From the IMG/VR virus record IMGVR_UViG_3300033565_000007, positions 33-64,032 of that record: a DNA stretch of 64,000 nucleotides, one strand, 5' to 3'. Source of the stretch: a virus. The translations under genes and the position numbers were made by a program. This document shows positions 36,216 through 46,463 of this stretch, in pieces; position 1 is the stretch's first letter; each line of letters starts with the position of its first letter. Below the pieces are notes generated by a model that was not told where the DNA came from, ran no database searches, and was given only the letters and a program-made list of their open reading frames with translations.

Positions 36216-37289
36216 ATGGCAGAAGCAAACAGCACCGACCTTGAAACGCAAATGGCAAGTTTCGATCCGACGAACCCGGAAGCGCTCGCGGCCTTGGAAA
36301 AGGCGGCGATGGGCGGCGAAGACGTCGCGGCAGAGGCAACTCCGTCCGCCGACGACACGCCCGAGCCCGAAGCGGCACCGGCCAAGAAGGACGAACCCGC
36401 GCCACAGGACGATAAGACAGTCGCAGCGCCGCCGGCCGACAAGCCGGCCGAGCCCGGCGAAGGTACGCCGTCCGGTACCGGCAAACCCAAGGGCGTGCAG
36501 GCAAGGGACGGGGATCACATCATCCCGTATTCCGTGTTGGAGCGTGAGCGTGACCGTGCGTCGCGCGCCGAGGCAACCGCGAAGGCGCTGGCCGAACAAC
36601 TGCAATCCCTGCAGTCCGGCAAGACCGTCGAGGCTCAGGCACCGGCGAACGCCGGCAACCTCACCGAGGAAGACCTGGCGCAACTCGATACCGACCTGCC
36701 GGGCGTCGCGAAAGTGATTCGCGCGCAGATGGCGGCGATCGAGGCGATGCAAGGGACGATTCACACGCTCCAGCAAGAGAACGAAATCGAGCAGCAGAAT
36801 CGCCAAGCGGCGGCGCTGGACCAGACCGAAGCGGCCATCATGGCCAACGCGGACCTGAAAGCCTGGCGCGACGCGGCGACCCGGAAAGACAACCCGGATC
36901 CGCTGATGTGGAACCGGGCAGCCGGTCTGGATGAAGTTCTGCGCGACGATCCGGATTGGAAGGACCAGCCACTTGCCACTCGCTTTGCCAAAGTCGTGGA
37001 ATCGATGCGCTCGCTCTACGGTGTCCCGGCCGCTGCTACGCCGACGCCGCCCGCACCGGTCCCGCCCGCTCCACAACCCGCAACCGACCTGAAGCAGGTC
37101 GCCGACGCCAAACTGAAAGCCGAGCCGGCCCCCGTGCCGACGACGCTTTCGGACATTCCAGGGGGCGCCGCGCCTGCACAGAGCGACATCGAGACCATCG
37201 AGAACACCAGCGCCGTCGCGCTCGGGCAGAAGTTCTTGTCGATGTCGCCGGACCAGATGGACGCCTACCTGGCCCGCATCGGTATCTGA
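36216..37289 (+). CDS. Scaffolding protein
   Basis: Acidic/Pro-rich, DGDHIIPYSVLERER, coiled coil, directly upstream of the MCP. Confidence 0.85.
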   Translation: MAEANSTDLETQMASFDPTNPEALAALEKAAMGGEDVAAEATPSADDTPEPEAAPAKKDEPAPQDDKTVAAPPADKPAEPGEGTPSGTGKPKGVQARDGDHIIPYSVLERERDRASRAEATAKALAEQLQSLQSGKTVEAQAPANAGNLTEEDLAQLDTDLPGVAKVIRAQMAAIEAMQGTIHTLQQENEIEQQNRQAAALDQTEAAIMANADLKAWRDAATRKDNPDPLMWNRAAGLDEVLRDDPDWKDQPLATRFAKVVESMRSLYGVPAAATPTPPAPVPPAPQPATDLKQVADAKLKAEPAPVPTTLSDIPGGAAPAQSDIETIENTSAVALGQKFLSMSPDQMDAYLARIGI

Positions 37290-37324
37290 TCAACCATCAC
37301 CCATCTCCCTGGAAGCCAAGACCG

Positions 37325-37348
37325 AACCGCCGCGAGGCGGTTTTTTTT
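37325..37348 (+). terminator. Terminator between the scaffold and capsid genes
   Basis: AACCGCC-GCGA-GGCGGTTTTTTTT. Confidence 0.8.
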
Positions 37349-37370
37349 CGTCCTGACTTAGGAGATCCTC

Positions 37371-38660
37371 ATGCAAACCAACGTTCCTGCCGGTTCCGCA
37401 CTGGCTCGGAAAATCTTCGGCGCGGCGCTCTTCGCGCGCTCCATCCAGGCCCCGACCTGGCTCACCAACCTCACCGGCCCGGCGCCCAAGCAGTCCGACG
37501 CCGAGGCCAAGCTCAAGGGCCAGACCGCCCGCGACATGCCGGTCGTCCGCGTGACCGACCTCAGCAAGACCGAAGGCGAAACGATCAGCGTCGATGCGTT
37601 CGACACGATCAGCGGCAAGCCGCTGATGGGCGACGTCAATGCCGAAGGCAAGGGCGAGAAGCTCTCCAGCTCGAGCATGGACATCAAGATCGACCTGTCG
37701 ACCAAGGTCGTCGACGCCGGCGGCAAGATGAGCCAGCAGCGCACCCTGCATAACCTGCGCGGGATCGCGATGGCGCAGCTCGCGGGTTACTTCCCGCGCC
37801 TGCAGAACCAGGTCGCGCTCGTGCATATGGCGGGCGCGCGCGGTTCGATGACCGGCAAGGACTGGGTCGTCCCGCTCGAGAGCGACGCCGACTTCGCCAA
37901 CATCATGATCAACGCCGTCAAGGCGCCGACCTACAACCGGCACTTCGTCATCGACTCGACGAGCCTCGTGCAAGGCGGCCTGCAACTCGGTTCGATCGAC
38001 TCGGCCGACGTCTGGACGCTCGACCACGTCGACGCGCTGAGCCTGATGCTCGACGACATGGAAGTGCCGTTGCAGCCAGTCAAGCTCGCCGACGACCCGG
38101 CGGCCAACGACGAGCCGATCAAGGCGGTGCTGTACCTGACGCCGCGGCAGTGGGCGCAGATCAAGACCAGCACGTCGACGACGAACAACTGGCGCACGTT
38201 CCTGCAGAACGCCTGGAACCGCAAGAGCTACGGCACGAAGCACCCGCTGTTCTCGGGCGAGCCCGGCATGTGGAACGGCATCCTCGTTCGCGTCCTGCCG
38301 GCGCGCGCGACGGTCCGCTTCAATCCGTCCGACTCGACCAAGGTCGTTCTCGTCGCCAACCGCTACACGGCGACCGAGACGGACCAGACCGTCAACGCCT
38401 CGCTGACCGCGGGCTACGCCGTCGAACGCGCGCTGGTGCTCGGCGCGCAGGCGCTCGGCAACGTCTACGGCAAGAACCAGTCGAGCGAGTATTTCTTCTC
38501 GTGGCATGAGCGGAAATACAACTTCGAGCGCTCGCTCGAGGTCGCCGGCGACTGCATGGGCGGCATGGGCAAGATCCGCTTCAAGTTCAACGACGGCGCC
38601 GGCAATCTCGAGCCGACCGACAACGGCATCATCGTCATCGACTCGGCGATCAAGAAGTAA
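37371..38660 (+). CDS. Major capsid protein, N4-gp56/DUF4043 family (933W-like)
   Basis: PVVRVTDLSK..G..I...PLMGD...EGKGE.L...VDAGGKMSQQRT.HNLR...VHMAGARG. Confidence 0.93.
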   Translation: MQTNVPAGSALARKIFGAALFARSIQAPTWLTNLTGPAPKQSDAEAKLKGQTARDMPVVRVTDLSKTEGETISVDAFDTISGKPLMGDVNAEGKGEKLSSSSMDIKIDLSTKVVDAGGKMSQQRTLHNLRGIAMAQLAGYFPRLQNQVALVHMAGARGSMTGKDWVVPLESDADFANIMINAVKAPTYNRHFVIDSTSLVQGGLQLGSIDSADVWTLDHVDALSLMLDDMEVPLQPVKLADDPAANDEPIKAVLYLTPRQWAQIKTSTSTTNNWRTFLQNAWNRKSYGTKHPLFSGEPGMWNGILVRVLPARATVRFNPSDSTKVVLVANRYTATETDQTVNASLTAGYAVERALVLGAQALGNVYGKNQSSEYFFSWHERKYNFERSLEVAGDCMGGMGKIRFKFNDGAGNLEPTDNGIIVIDSAIKK

Positions 38661-38740
38661 GTCGCCGGACTCCGAGGTAGTCACCGCATCAATAGCCAGG
38701 CCCGGACCGCCTGGCTAAACCCCTTTTCAGGAGATTCATC

Positions 38741-39217
38741 ATGGCCAACGCCACTTACAACCCTGCAAACCTCGCCGACTCGCTGAAGTCGGCCGGTGAT
38801 TGCGGCAACCGGATGGTGTTTTCCGGCAAGGCCGTCATCGCCGCGAACCTCGCCACGACCGACAAGGTGCGCCCGTGCCGCATTGCGGGCGGCACGCTCG
38901 TCGATCGCGTCGTCATCAACACCCCGGATCTCGATTCGGGTACCGCGCTCGCCGTGAACATCGGCTTCGCGCACACCGACGGATCGGCGGCGACCACCAG
39001 CGAAGCGGCGGCAGCGACCGCGGTCTCGCTGACGGCGGCCACGCTCGTCGCGGCGGCGGCAACGACATGGCAAGGCGCCGCGACCACGACCTACGAAATC
39101 TTCCCGCCGTTCCTCGTGGAAGCCGATTCGTACCTCGAGGTCGTTCCGACTGTCGGCGGCACTGGCACTGGCACCGTGTACGCCAAGGTCGAAGGCGAGG
39201 CCATCGGCGTCAAGTAA
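38741..39217 (+). CDS. Head decoration/minor capsid-like protein
   Basis: Follows the MCP; beta-rich; strong SD. Confidence 0.75.
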   Translation: MANATYNPANLADSLKSAGDCGNRMVFSGKAVIAANLATTDKVRPCRIAGGTLVDRVVINTPDLDSGTALAVNIGFAHTDGSAATTSEAAAATAVSLTAATLVAAAATTWQGAATTTYEIFPPFLVEADSYLEVVPTVGGTGTGTVYAKVEGEAIGVK

Positions 39218-39235
39218 GTCGTTCAACCCGAGAGA

Positions 39236-39256
39236 GGGGGCTTTCGAGCCCCCTTA
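39236..39256 (+). terminator. Hairpin (terminator-like)
   Basis: GGGGGCT-TTCG-AGCCCCC-TT. Confidence 0.55.
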
Positions 39257-39278
39257 TCTCTTTCTGGGAAAAGACCTC

Positions 39279-39683
39279 ATGAAAAACATTCGCTACATCG
39301 GCAAGAAGGACGAGCGGACCGACAACGTCGCAGGCACTGGCCTCGTCTGGAACGGCCAAGGCGACGTGCAGACCGTGAGCGACGCAGCCGCGGCAAAGTT
39401 GCTGGCGCATCCGGATATCTGGGAAGACGCCGGCGATGCGCCCGTCGACGAGAAGCCGAAGGCCGAAAAGCCGGTCGCGGACAAGCCTGCCGACGAGCCC
39501 ACGCCACCGAAGCAGGACGATCCCGAGGATGACTCTGCGCTGGCGCCGATGGTCAATCTCGAGACGATGGACAAGGTCGCGCTCAAGGAATACGCGCAGC
39601 GCCACTTCGGGCATGAGTTTCATCCGAACACCGGCGAGCCCAAGATGCGCTCGACGATCATCGGCCTGATGAACCGAGGCTGA
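39279..39683 (+). CDS. Virion-associated hypothetical protein
   Basis: MKNIRYIGKK...; C-terminal helix-extension-helix-like MDK.ALKEYA. Confidence 0.75.
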   Translation: MKNIRYIGKKDERTDNVAGTGLVWNGQGDVQTVSDAAAAKLLAHPDIWEDAGDAPVDEKPKAEKPVADKPADEPTPPKQDDPEDDSALAPMVNLETMDKVALKEYAQRHFGHEFHPNTGEPKMRSTIIGLMNRG

Positions 39684-39684
39684 C

Positions 39685-40329
39685 ATGGCACTCAAGGTCT
39701 GGGCAGAACTGATGCCGGAAGCGCGGCTGAACGCCTCGGGCTGTCCGGACCCTGTCATCGAACACTACCTGCGCGCGGCGGCAATCGACCTCTGCGCGCG
39801 CTCGAAGGCGCTGACGTTCGAAATGCCGGCCTTCGACACGGTCGCCGGCAATGCGGTCTATGCGCTCGCGCCGGCCGCTGAGACCCAGACCGTGCAGATC
39901 GCCGAAGTGACGGTCAACGGCACCGCGATTGACCCCATCGGGCGCGACGAGCTCGCGCAGATGAGCCAACGCCCGGGCGAGCGCGACACGCCGACGCGCT
40001 TCATGATGTACGCGGGCGACCGCTCGGTGCTGCTCTGGAAGACCCCGGACGGCGTCTATTCGGTTGTGCTGACGCTCGCCGTCAAGCCGTCGCTGACCGC
40101 GACTGGCATCGAGGCCTGGTTCTCGGACGCCTTCGGCGACGTGATTATCGCCGGCGCGCTGGCGGCGCTGCTCGCGCTGCCGGGCAGGTCCTGGACGAGC
40201 GGCGACCTGTCGTCCTACCACAAGGATTTCTTCGAGAGCGGCGTCATCAAGGCGCGCGCTTTTGCCGAGAAAGACGGCGCACGCTCGCCGCGCGCCCCGC
40301 TGCGCACGACCCGGTACGGCCGGTTCTGA
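39685..40329 (+). CDS. Head-tail adaptor-like protein
   Basis: PGCP-like SGCPDPVIEHYLRAAAIDLC; position in the module. Confidence 0.75.
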   Translation: MALKVWAELMPEARLNASGCPDPVIEHYLRAAAIDLCARSKALTFEMPAFDTVAGNAVYALAPAAETQTVQIAEVTVNGTAIDPIGRDELAQMSQRPGERDTPTRFMMYAGDRSVLLWKTPDGVYSVVLTLAVKPSLTATGIEAWFSDAFGDVIIAGALAALLALPGRSWTSGDLSSYHKDFFESGVIKARAFAEKDGARSPRAPLRTTRYGRF

Positions 40330-40356
40330 TCACATTTCTGTCAAAGGAGCACCGCA

Positions 40357-40788
40357 ATGTCATCTGCAAACTTCACGAATCTGGCCCGAGCCTTGGCGAA
40401 AGGCGACATTGATTTCGATACGCTGACCTGCAAGGTGCTGCTCGTATCGTCGCTGCCATCCGAAGCGAACCTCGACGCCTGGGCGAACCGCTCGGATGTG
40501 GCGAACGAGATCACCGGCACGGGCTACACCGCCGGCGGTATCGCGCAGACCTTCACGCTGGACGCGCTCGACACGGCCAACAACCGGCAGCCGATCACCT
40601 ACGCGAACCAGTCGCCGGGATGGAGCGGGTCGAATACGTTCTCGGCCGTCGGCGCGATCATCTACAAGAACAGCGGCAACGCCGCGACCGACACGCTGAT
40701 GCACCTGATCGACTTCGGCGGAACGGTGAGCTGCGTCGCCGGCGTCTACAACCTGACGTACTCGGCGCCGTTCTACATCAATCGATGA
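40357..40788 (+). CDS. Tail-fibre-associated structural protein
   Basis: DIDFDTLTCKVLLV...EITGTGYTAGG family. Confidence 0.75.
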   Translation: MSSANFTNLARALAKGDIDFDTLTCKVLLVSSLPSEANLDAWANRSDVANEITGTGYTAGGIAQTFTLDALDTANNRQPITYANQSPGWSGSNTFSAVGAIIYKNSGNAATDTLMHLIDFGGTVSCVAGVYNLTYSAPFYINR

Positions 40789-40795
40789 TCGATCG

Positions 40796-41005
40796 ATGAA
40801 ACGTCCAACCTGCCGGGCGCTGCGCGATTACTTCGACTCGCTGTGCCAACTCGGGCATGGCGAGTACGAAGTCGCGATCGATTGGCGCAGCGTGCCTTGC
40901 CGCCGGTCCGTCTGCCAGATCGATTCAATCCGGCCGCCGGCCCCGGAACGCCGGGTCGATACGGAAAACCGCGTCGTCCTCATCGACGTGCAGATGGAGC
41001 CGTGA
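40796..41005 (+). CDS. Small hypothetical protein
   Basis: Fills the gap between tail genes. Confidence 0.45.
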   Translation: MKRPTCRALRDYFDSLCQLGHGEYEVAIDWRSVPCRRSVCQIDSIRPPAPERRVDTENRVVLIDVQMEP

Positions 41006-41008
41006 GCG

Positions 41009-43786
41009 ATGGCCGCGCCGGTCGTAGACTCCTATTCGTGCGCATCGGGCGGTGTCATCAACGCCGGGAGGTATGGTGAAGATCCGCCGGTCGATCCGGG
41101 CGAGTATGTCGGGGTGATCGCCCTGTCCGCACAAGGCGCAGCCGATCCGTTTGCTGCGAGTCCTCCGGGACAATTGCCTACGATGCCGAATGCGCCGGTT
41201 GGTGGAACGTTCTCCTGTAAGCATCAATACTGGACATATGACTCCACCCACGGCGATATGGTAGTGAGCGGGGGAGATTCTTGGGGTAACTCGAGATCTG
41301 ACGTTTTCTCTTACACGCCGGCAACGAGGACTTTTGCCAAGATCCTACGTCAAGATGAGTGGGGAGCGCAGAACCTTGATCGTTCGATTACTCAGTTTAA
41401 TCCAACTGATCTTATCGTTACGAATGGCTCAGGGTATGTAAATGGCATTTACCCTGATGCGGGCGGCGCTACCGGAGTTCCCTTGGCTGGGGGAACGGGA
41501 ACGGGCGCGACGGTGTGGATAGAGGTAATTGGGGGCGCCGCTTACATAAAAAATCACGAATTCGGCTATTTGGTAACTTCTGGGTATGGCTATACAGTCG
41601 GAGATGTGCTCACAGTGAACAATGCACATCTTGGTGGAAGTGGTTCTGGTTTCTCCATAACCGTGACCGCTGTAAGCGACGCTGGAACGCCATCTTCAGT
41701 TGTCGGGCCAATCGGACGGTGTTTGCCGGGCCTGTGCCATGACGCTAACCGAAATGTTATCTGGTTCGAGGGCGGTACGACTCGTCCGAGCATTTGGGCA
41801 AGTAACGCGAAGGTTGGCGGTCTGTGGGCGCTCGATCGGGAGACTACGCCTCTTCCAACTTGGCACCGCCAAGGGCCTGGATGCCAAGAGGCTACTGGCA
41901 GAATAGCAGACCAATATTCAGGCGGCCTATTCTACGATCCGGTCGGGGATGCGCTATACCGCATGTGCTACGGGAAGTTGTATAAATATTCCCTCGGAGG
42001 CATAGAGATTGACGGGGTAAGTCGCGACAACTGGCAAGAGTTCGACCAGCCGCACGGAACAGGTGGGTACAGTTACCCCGCCTACGATAGTCGTCGCAGA
42101 CGTATCGTGCATCTGAATGGTGATTGCAGCGCGACCTACGCCTGGGACTGCGCTACAGATACCGATGTTCTTCTGAATGACACTCCTTTCCCGTTTAGTA
42201 CCGATGTCCATCTTGCCTATGATTCGGCATTAGATCGCGTAATTCTTTGGGCGGCGGCCGATAACCGGTTAAATAACGCGCCTGACTGGCAAGGCGCGAG
42301 AATTCACTGGATGTATTGGATGGACCCGGAAGGTAACTGGACACAGTTCACGCCGGAAGGGGATCAACTTATTGAGCCCGATGTTGTTTATCCGCAATTC
42401 TCCGGTGCTTACGATGGCAATGAGAAATGCCTAGTCGCGCAGACGGGGAATCAAAACAATGCTGCCTATGATTATGTTTCCCCGCCTCGCGCGAACATCT
42501 ACCATCTGTATTCGCCTTCGTCTGCGGCGCCGGCCCTGAACCTCGTCGGCACGAACTGGACGCCGAACCGCGACGCTTCCCATAACGTGCTCGCCAGCGA
42601 TTGGGCGGCGCTGCCGCTGAACACATGGGTTGCAGTGGTTGGAGAGACTCTGAGCGGCGTCATTGAGACGCCGCATTACCTTGGTGGTTTCGGCGACTCG
42701 GCGAATAGCATTACGGGTGCGTGGAACGGCGCCGCGTGGGACTACATCAACCAGCGGATGTACATCGCTGGCGGCGGCCACAGCGACAGTTCCGCATGCG
42801 AGACCGGCATCTACATGGTGGACGCGGCGACGGCTAAGTTTTCCCGCGTGCGCGACCGCGACCCGATGTCGGTGGTGCAGGGTTGGGACGGGAATGCCCA
42901 CGCGCTCGTGCCGGCGGAAAAGTGGACGGGCTTCAACGTCCCGTTGCAAAACGGCAACCCAAGTGCAGTGCATACCTTCAACGGCCTCGTCTGGGTGCCA
43001 CCGGAGGTACTCGGCAACACCAACGGCGGGCTGTTTTATCCGGGCGAAGCGAAAGCCGTCTGGAACTTCGACACGCACGCATGGACGGCGACGCACTGGT
43101 TCAACGCAGACAGTACGAGTTACAGCTCGGCGAACGTTTGCGCCTACATCGACGGCTCGAAAATCTACGGCCCAAGAGGGGCGTGGTATCACTGGCGCTT
43201 TGACCTTACGCAGACCGAGATTACGCAGTGGGGCGCGAGCTCGTTCGGTGAGCAAAACCTCAACATCGCCAACCAAGATATTGGGATGTTCGACACCAGC
43301 GGGGCGATTTGGAACTGGATGCGCGAGCGCCGCGAAGAGTTTTGCATCATCTCCAGCACCGCGCGGACAAGGACCAAGTACGGCTTGGCGCTCGACGCGG
43401 GCGCCACGAACTGGACGCCCTACAGCGACGCGATCACGCTGACTTCGAGCGACGGCTCCCACGCCTACTTCGGCGACGACAACAACTACGATCTCAATCC
43501 TGCCGACCCCCAACCCGATGAGTCGCTCGCGCAACCGGGCATGGCTTACGACCACGCGACCGAGACGTTATACATTCAAGCCAATAAGCCGGGCGACTTT
43601 CTCTACAAGATCACCGGCCTCTCCGGTTCAACGTGGACGGTGCAACGGATATCCGGAACGGGCGCGCTGTACTGGAGCAAGCACGGCAACTACGGCCGGA
43701 TGCGACTGGCGACGCTTGGCGGCAAGAAGATCCTGTTGCGTGTAACGCACAGGGATGATCCGCTACAAGTCATGAGGATAAGCTGA
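41009..43786 (+). CDS. Receptor-binding/tailspike-like protein with two propeller-like modules
   Basis: 925 aa, Trp/Gly/Tyr-rich; YD...+GG kelch-like motifs twice; Gly-rich TNGSGY..GGTGTGA..GYTVGDVLT insert. Confidence 0.7.
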   Translation: MAAPVVDSYSCASGGVINAGRYGEDPPVDPGEYVGVIALSAQGAADPFAASPPGQLPTMPNAPVGGTFSCKHQYWTYDSTHGDMVVSGGDSWGNSRSDVFSYTPATRTFAKILRQDEWGAQNLDRSITQFNPTDLIVTNGSGYVNGIYPDAGGATGVPLAGGTGTGATVWIEVIGGAAYIKNHEFGYLVTSGYGYTVGDVLTVNNAHLGGSGSGFSITVTAVSDAGTPSSVVGPIGRCLPGLCHDANRNVIWFEGGTTRPSIWASNAKVGGLWALDRETTPLPTWHRQGPGCQEATGRIADQYSGGLFYDPVGDALYRMCYGKLYKYSLGGIEIDGVSRDNWQEFDQPHGTGGYSYPAYDSRRRRIVHLNGDCSATYAWDCATDTDVLLNDTPFPFSTDVHLAYDSALDRVILWAAADNRLNNAPDWQGARIHWMYWMDPEGNWTQFTPEGDQLIEPDVVYPQFSGAYDGNEKCLVAQTGNQNNAAYDYVSPPRANIYHLYSPSSAAPALNLVGTNWTPNRDASHNVLASDWAALPLNTWVAVVGETLSGVIETPHYLGGFGDSANSITGAWNGAAWDYINQRMYIAGGGHSDSSACETGIYMVDAATAKFSRVRDRDPMSVVQGWDGNAHALVPAEKWTGFNVPLQNGNPSAVHTFNGLVWVPPEVLGNTNGGLFYPGEAKAVWNFDTHAWTATHWFNADSTSYSSANVCAYIDGSKIYGPRGAWYHWRFDLTQTEITQWGASSFGEQNLNIANQDIGMFDTSGAIWNWMRERREEFCIISSTARTRTKYGLALDAGATNWTPYSDAITLTSSDGSHAYFGDDNNYDLNPADPQPDESLAQPGMAYDHATETLYIQANKPGDFLYKITGLSGSTWTVQRISGTGALYWSKHGNYGRMRLATLGGKKILLRVTHRDDPLQVMRIS

Positions 43787-45153
43787 TGGCAACGGTCAAT
43801 GCAAAAACGATAGGCCCCGGCGGCGACTACGCGACCCTCACCGCTTGGTTTGCGGCCTGTCCGCCCGACCTGACGGCCGCCGACGCTTCCGGCTATATCT
43901 ACCGAGGGCAAGTGCTGAACACCGAGCTTGTCTCCGCTGCGGGCCTCGATATCACCGGCATCGCAGGGGCCGACGCGACGCACTACATCGAACTGACGGC
44001 GGCCAGCGGCTGTTCGTTCGCCGACCACGCGAACAAGGCGACGAATCCGCTGCGTTACAACGCCGCGGTCGGCGCGGCGCTGAATTGCACGGCTGGAAAC
44101 CCAACGGTCGGAATTGCTTGTACGGTTCCATATACCCGTATTACTCGGCTTCAGATTCAGAATAGCGAAGTCGGGAGTCACGCGGCGACCACGTTGCAGA
44201 TGGAAGGAAACAATTCGCTGCTTGATGGTTGCATTGTGGAAGGCGGGGCAACAACCACACCCCTTACAGTCTGTTCAGGATCTGGTTCGAAGTTCTCAAA
44301 TTCGGTCTTTATTTATAAGCATTCGAGTTGGAATGATGCGCGCGGACTGGTGGCGTTACGGTCTGGGGCGGAGGCGCATAACCTTACCCTGATTGCTTCG
44401 ACGATCGCGCAACCTTATGGATTTAGTTATGAATATACGCCGATTCTGGTCCAGAATTGCTATGTTGGAAATTGTACGGACCCGTTTATAGGCGCAATCA
44501 CTACCACAGACCATTGTTTTACCGATAAGGCCACCCCGCCGACGGGTTGGACAACCGCCCCTTACAGCACGGCGACCTTTGCGAGCATTACTGCGGCTTC
44601 CATGGACGTGCGCCTGGCCGCCGGATCGGCGCTCATCAACGCCGGCGCGGACGACACGGGTGCGCAGACCGACATCATCGGCACCGCCCGCCCTGCGGGC
44701 GCTTTCGATGTCGGTGCCTGGGAGGTTCCTGCCTCAGCCACCAACGGCACGGCGACCGGAACGCTGGCCGCAAGCTCGCTGACCGCGCCGACAGGCAGCG
44801 CGACGGGCGGCAACGGCACGACAACCGGCAACGCGACGGGGGCGCTCGCTGCGACGACGCTCACTGCGCCGGCAGGCGCTGCATCGGGAACGACCGTGAC
44901 CGCCGGAACGATCACGATCTCGGCGATCAAGGATTTGACGACCGGCGGACTGCGGGCCAACGAGACCGGCATCACGGTCATCGTCAATGACGTGTCGACC
45001 GGCGCACTCGTCGCGAAGATCACTGGCGAGACGACGGATGCCTCGGGCGACTGCGCCTTCTCGCATGCGTCGATCGTGATTGGAACCGAGTACCGCTGCA
45101 CGACGATCCTGTCCGACGGGTCCGAAGGCACCTGGAAATACACGGCGGCCTAA
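43786..45153 (+). CDS. Tail protein with beta-helix-like core and GxATG repeats
   Basis: IGPGGDYATLTAW N-terminus; DI.GTARP.GAFDVGAWE choice-of-anchor-like motif. Confidence 0.7.
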   Translation: MATVNAKTIGPGGDYATLTAWFAACPPDLTAADASGYIYRGQVLNTELVSAAGLDITGIAGADATHYIELTAASGCSFADHANKATNPLRYNAAVGAALNCTAGNPTVGIACTVPYTRITRLQIQNSEVGSHAATTLQMEGNNSLLDGCIVEGGATTTPLTVCSGSGSKFSNSVFIYKHSSWNDARGLVALRSGAEAHNLTLIASTIAQPYGFSYEYTPILVQNCYVGNCTDPFIGAITTTDHCFTDKATPPTGWTTAPYSTATFASITAASMDVRLAAGSALINAGADDTGAQTDIIGTARPAGAFDVGAWEVPASATNGTATGTLAASSLTAPTGSATGGNGTTTGNATGALAATTLTAPAGAASGTTVTAGTITISAIKDLTTGGLRANETGITVIVNDVSTGALVAKITGETTDASGDCAFSHASIVIGTEYRCTTILSDGSEGTWKYTAA

Positions 45154-45843
45154 ATGAGCCAGCGCGTAACCTCGACGCCGTTGTTTGGCGGGTCTCATGT
45201 CGTCTCGCTTTGGGGCGGGCTCGGCATCCCGGGCAGCGCAATACCGACGACGGGCGATGCCGGCGGATCGCCGCTCGCCAATGACGAAATCGTCTCGACG
45301 TCCGAATACCGCCTCGAGGTCGTGACGCTGCCGACGGCCGGCACGCTCCAGTTTTTCCCCGACACGAGTTTCCAATTTTCCGGCGCGCCGGATGGGACCT
45401 ATTCCTTCGAGTACGAAGGGTTCGAGGACGGCATCAGCTACGGCTCTGTAACGGATCCGCTCAATGTCGGCGTCACCAATGGAACGGCGACCGGTGCGCC
45501 GCATTCGATTTCGCTCACGCCGCCTGCGGGCGCCGCTTCGAGCACAACCGGCAGCACGAGCGGAACGGGTACTGGAACGATCGCCGCCCTGTCTCTCACT
45601 GCACCGATCGGCGCGGCCAGCGGGACGGGAGCGGTCGTCAACGGAACGGGAACCGGCGCAATCGCTGCCGTCGGACTCATTGCCCCGCTCGGCGGGGCGT
45701 CCGGAACCATGACCGAGGGCAACGGGGCCGCCGTGGGCGACTTCGCCGCGCTGACGCTGTCGGCGCCTGCCGGGTCGGCCGTAGGCATCTGGTCGGTCGG
45801 CATTGTCCGGCACACCAAGGTCGGATCGATCACGCGCCACTAA
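45154..45843 (+). CDS. Tail-associated protein with Gly/Ala/Thr repeats
   Basis: GT.TG.IAA.SLTAP.GAASG repeats shared with the previous gene. Confidence 0.7.
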   Translation: MSQRVTSTPLFGGSHVVSLWGGLGIPGSAIPTTGDAGGSPLANDEIVSTSEYRLEVVTLPTAGTLQFFPDTSFQFSGAPDGTYSFEYEGFEDGISYGSVTDPLNVGVTNGTATGAPHSISLTPPAGAASSTTGSTSGTGTGTIAALSLTAPIGAASGTGAVVNGTGTGAIAAVGLIAPLGGASGTMTEGNGAAVGDFAALTLSAPAGSAVGIWSVGIVRHTKVGSITRH

Positions 45844-45860
45844 TTTGACGAGACAAAGCC

Positions 45861-46451
45861 ATGAAACCCAGGGACATCATTACCGCGGCGCGCCTGACGC
45901 TCAATGACAAGGATGCGATTCACAACAGCGATCTGGAACTGCTTAAGTACGTCAATCTCGCGATCTGCGAGTGCTCGACACTCGCGCCGCAACTGTTCTA
46001 CTCGACCGGCGACATGCTCTGCTCGCCCGGCGAGACCGAGCAGGGCGTCGTGTTCGCCGATGCGCAGCTCGTGATCGAAGTCATCGGGATCAAGGACGGC
46101 CCCGCGATCCTGCTTGGCGACATGGCAACACTATCCGCGTTCGATCCGAACTGGCGGCAACGGCCGGCCGGCATTCCGGAAAACTGGTTCAAGCATCCGC
46201 TCGATCCGCTGCGCTTTTACCTCTCGCGCAAGGCACTGCCGAATCAGGTGATCGAAGTGAAATATGTGCGCAGTCCGCAACCGGTTGCGATCGACGACGA
46301 ACTCACCGACCTGCCGCCGTCGATGGAACCCGCGCTGGTGCAGTACGTGATCGGGATGGCCGAAGCCAAGGATGCGGCGCACGTCAATTCCGGCCGCGCG
46401 CAGGCATTCCTGCAGGCGTTCGTTGCAAAACTCAATGTGAAATCTGCGTAG
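45861..46451 (+). CDS. Adaptor/tail tubular-like protein (DUF6682-like)
   Basis: II..ARLTLND...ELLKYVN.A; position before the nozzle gene. Confidence 0.7.
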   Translation: MKPRDIITAARLTLNDKDAIHNSDLELLKYVNLAICECSTLAPQLFYSTGDMLCSPGETEQGVVFADAQLVIEVIGIKDGPAILLGDMATLSAFDPNWRQRPAGIPENWFKHPLDPLRFYLSRKALPNQVIEVKYVRSPQPVAIDDELTDLPPSMEPALVQYVIGMAEAKDAAHVNSGRAQAFLQAFVAKLNVKSA

Positions 46452-46463
46452 AGGGGCACGCCC

